Of a stretch of 64,000 nt of DNA, positions 62,401-64,000 are shown in pieces. The stretch comes from an uncultured Verrucomicrobiae bacterium (GTDB lineage Bacteria; Verrucomicrobiota; Verrucomicrobiia; Limisphaerales; CAVQOW01), in contig CAVQOW010000010.1 of NCBI GenBank assembly GCA_963714605.1, positions 55,293 through 119,292 of the forward strand. The letters are read 5' to 3'. Position 1 is the stretch's first letter, and each line of letters starts with the position of its first letter. The notes under the pieces are model-generated. The model did no database searches, was not told the DNA's origin, and saw nothing but the letters and a program-made list of their open reading frames with translations. A program made the translations under genes and the position numbers.

Positions 62401-62945
62401 GGCGTTGGGCCGAAAATGGTGGGAACGGGATATACGCTACCACCGACCAGAACATCTTGTGCAACGCTTGAAATGGTGAAATAGCCGCTCGGACCAGAAT
62501 TTGGGTTGCCGTTATTCCACCAAGCTTTGGCATCAGCGTAGGTGGTGCCAATATTGGTAGACCAACCGACAACGGCGAAGCTCGCAGCCTCCCCCGGCCC
62601 CCACCCGATAATATCAATACCTGGGTCTGTGGTGTAATTCCCGTTCATCAACCCAGGCGTCGCCGTGTTTGTCCCAGTATCATCCTCAAAAACCCAACCG
62701 CCAGCGTCGAGAGCAGTGCCGTTATCCAGAGTGGCGTCAATTGTGGCCGTGGTTGGCTCCGCCGCCAATATAGCAAAACGATATGTTCCCCCCGGGCCGT
62801 ACATCAATCCCGTTGCCGGTCCACCATGCACTGAATTCGTGTAAATCAGGGAGTTTTTAAAATTTTCGAAATCAACGATGCCTTGGCTAAAGGACAGAGA
62901 TGTTGCACCGAGGAGCGCGGCAGCAATTGTTAGCAGTTTGTTCAT
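59430..62945 (-). CDS. giant secreted beta-helix adhesin-like protein with two choice-of-anchor-Q-like modules (…HVDIGAYE) and the conserved C-terminal domain
   Basis: signal peptide MNKLLTIAAALLGATSLSFS; duplicated about 330-aa module; C-terminus ...ILSWPSQSTGFVLQQNSNLANPNGWS...ISPPTGNLFFRLMK. Confidence 0.6.
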   Translation of the reverse strand: MNKLLTIAAALLGATSLSFSQGIVDFENFKNSLIYTNSVHGGPATGLMYGPGGTYRFAILAAEPTTATIDATLDNGTALDAGGWVFEDDTGTNTATPGLMNGNYTTDPGIDIIGWGPGEAASFAVVGWSTNIGTTYADAKAWWNNGNPNSGPSGYFTISSVAQDVLVGGSVYPVPTIFGPTPGYEVQGFTLNFYVANVFTLPATAISATSATLNGSVLPGGVSSTAWFEWGQTTSCGNTTTVVDIGSGTSSVPVSAVLSGLSQGFWYHFRVVRHTGSETNYGPDVAFGTSPATFIVTSLADNGPGTLRYLLSIAASDDTINFTPGLTGTLTVSGPLAIVRNIAIIGSGTTNLTISGNNACQIFVTSLGATSSLSGLTISSGFESGFPTGGAGIANGGNLTVSNCIFTGNSEQGWGPRGGAILNTGTLRLIGCAFSGNSLTGSIGSSGVNATGTYSPAGDGTPGSTAAGGAIYNSGAMTALKCTFSGNNAQGGAGGNGGSGGSYGPGGKGGNGGSGLGGAIETSGSCTLINCTIANNTTTLGNGGTGGSQVGPPTQALNGTNGTALGGGIHMSPGGTVTIWNTLVAGNTGSSPDVGGTFTSQGHNLIGATNGSSGWTGTDQHGVIGTPLNPSLGPLQNNSGPTPTLALLPGSVAIDAGDDSVMNAPTSLTTDQRGQPRDKGAHVDIGAYEYGPLFLMVSDLHDHGPGTLRDLVSASQSGDTLSFAVNGDIVLTNGEVAIGNNITIIGLGATNLMVSGNNSNRVFNIASGVTAGISGLTIANGRNAGAPGSDGQGGGIFTLGNLNLTNCILRGNVAGGGAASCPACPGWGAAGGAIYNGGHLWLYGCTFQTNAAIGAQGADGIFSSNPFDGGNGGFAAGGAVYNAGRVDTVNCTFWGNTVNGGFGGDGAAVYPPANGGNGGDGTGGAIENLGILTLYDCTVSSNTAVGGFGGAGAVVADGDGGFIYGNDGALGQTLGGGVYTFTNVAGFINTIIAANSGGGSPDVSGTILIAGYNLIGATNGSSGWLASNLMGSTNAPLNPLLGPLQDNGGPTPTMALLTGSPAIDAGDDVVLTSSPFVIFDQRGQSRQIGAHVDIGAYEAPLPPPTLSVVLSGANVILSWPSQSTGFVLQQNSNLANPNGWSPCGDTPGDNGTIKSILISPPTGNLFFRLMK

Positions 62946-62967
62946 GGGCTGAATCTTTTGTTTCGAA

Positions 62968-64000
62968 TCACCAAGAGCGCAAATTGGCCTTTGCAGTTTC
63001 GACTGGTCTGGGTTTGAGTCGCACCGCATCGGCAAAGTGGGCGTTGGCTTCTGGAATCCTTCCGAGAGAGCGCAAGGCAATGCCCATGTTCAAATGCGCC
63101 TGGGCCAAATCCGGTCGGAGGCGCAACGCTTCGGCATATTGTTCCAGCGCTTCATCCCGCCGGCCGCGCATCCAGAGCAGCGCGCCCAGACTGGTGCGGG
63201 CTTGCGCGTGCCACGGCTGCAACCGGATCGCCGCTTGATATTGTTCTAGCGCTTCATCCTTCTTTCCGAGTGCGTATAAGGTGAATCCCATGTTGCAATA
63301 CGCGTCGGCATAATTCGGGTCGCACGCCAACGCCGCCCGGAAATGCGTCAAAGCCAGTTCGTATTTGCCTTGCTCTTCCAGTTCCGCGCCGACGTGATAG
63401 TGGGCCACGGCGTTGTCGCTGGTGACCGCCAGCGCATGATCGAAGAGCGTGAAATTATTTCGCCAGTATTCCACCTGCCGGTGAGTGGCAATGGCGCAAG
63501 CCACAATCACCAGCACACCCGCCGTGGCGAGCACCGGTTTTGCAAAGCGAGCGCCGGCAAGAAAATCAGAAGCGGCCCAAACAACGCAGATGAAGATACC
63601 GATCAAGGGAATGTAGGTGTAGCGGTCGGCCAGCGCTTGCCCGCCCACTTGCACGATTCCAATCACGGGCACGAGCGCGCCCAAATACCAGAACCAGCCG
63701 GTCGCGAACCAAGGCTGTCGTTTGCTGCGGAGCAAGGCAAAAGCGGAAACACCGGCCAGCAGCAGAGCGGCAGCGCAAATCTCCCAGCCCGGCCACTGGT
63801 TTGAAATTGGATAACGAATATCGGGGTGCGGATAGAAAACCGCCAAGTCCGCCGGCCAGATTGTTTTGCCGAGGTATTTCAAATAGGAAGCGATGGCATT
63901 GGCGACCCGCGAGACGAGCGGTAGTCCCACGGATACGTTGTGCCCTTTGGCCTGCGCTATGAAGGTGAAGACGCTCGAAATTGCGGCCAGGCAGAGGAAG
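62968..64000 (-). CDS. TMTC/DUF1736-like membrane protein with C-terminal TPR repeats; 5' end beyond the window
   Basis: reading frame stays open to position 64000; TPR repeats at the C-terminus. Confidence 0.5.
   Translation of the reverse strand, partial: FLCLAAISSVFTFIAQAKGHNVSVGLPLVSRVANAIASYLKYLGKTIWPADLAVFYPHPDIRYPISNQWPGWEICAAALLLAGVSAFALLRSKRQPWFATGWFWYLGALVPVIGIVQVGGQALADRYTYIPLIGIFICVVWAASDFLAGARFAKPVLATAGVLVIVACAIATHRQVEYWRNNFTLFDHALAVTSDNAVAHYHVGAELEEQGKYELALTHFRAALACDPNYADAYCNMGFTLYALGKKDEALEQYQAAIRLQPWHAQARTSLGALLWMRGRRDEALEQYAEALRLRPDLAQAHLNMGIALRSLGRIPEANAHFADAVRLKPRPVETAKANLRSW

Overview
GC-rich (about 60%) bacterial chromosomal window, most consistent with a Verrucomicrobiota/PVC-type genome (giant beta-helix 'DIGAYE' surface proteins, flotillin/NfeD, multihaem cytochromes). 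Housekeeping genes: rpoD, metH, ppdK, hypFCDE (no structural hydrogenase in the window), gcvH-grx-lipA, purN, hisG, proC, rseP, ispG, trxB, folE2, rpsR/rpmG. Accessory content: (i) a defense-like islet between ppdK and metH (amino-MTase, MutL/MORC-like GHKL ATPase plus coupled partner, VapBC); (ii) tandem BrnTA and HicAB cassettes separated by duplicated copies of the 5' end of a beta-carbonic anhydrase gene; (iii) a family of heptanucleotide tandem arrays (consensus near AAATCSN), often as inverted pairs, found between genes, bracketing a four-helix-bundle (Avd/23S-IVS family) gene, and inside the coding sequence of hypF and metH; (iv) a CbcL-like x2 / ImcH-like / cytochrome c cluster; (v) tandem beta-helix surface protein paralogs with an identical N-terminal module and a shared C-terminal domain. 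About 20 reading-frame breaks, many at homopolymers, hit even essential genes (rpoD x3, hypF x5-6), so an indel-prone assembly is likely; one hypF break coincides exactly with a 77-nt repeat element.
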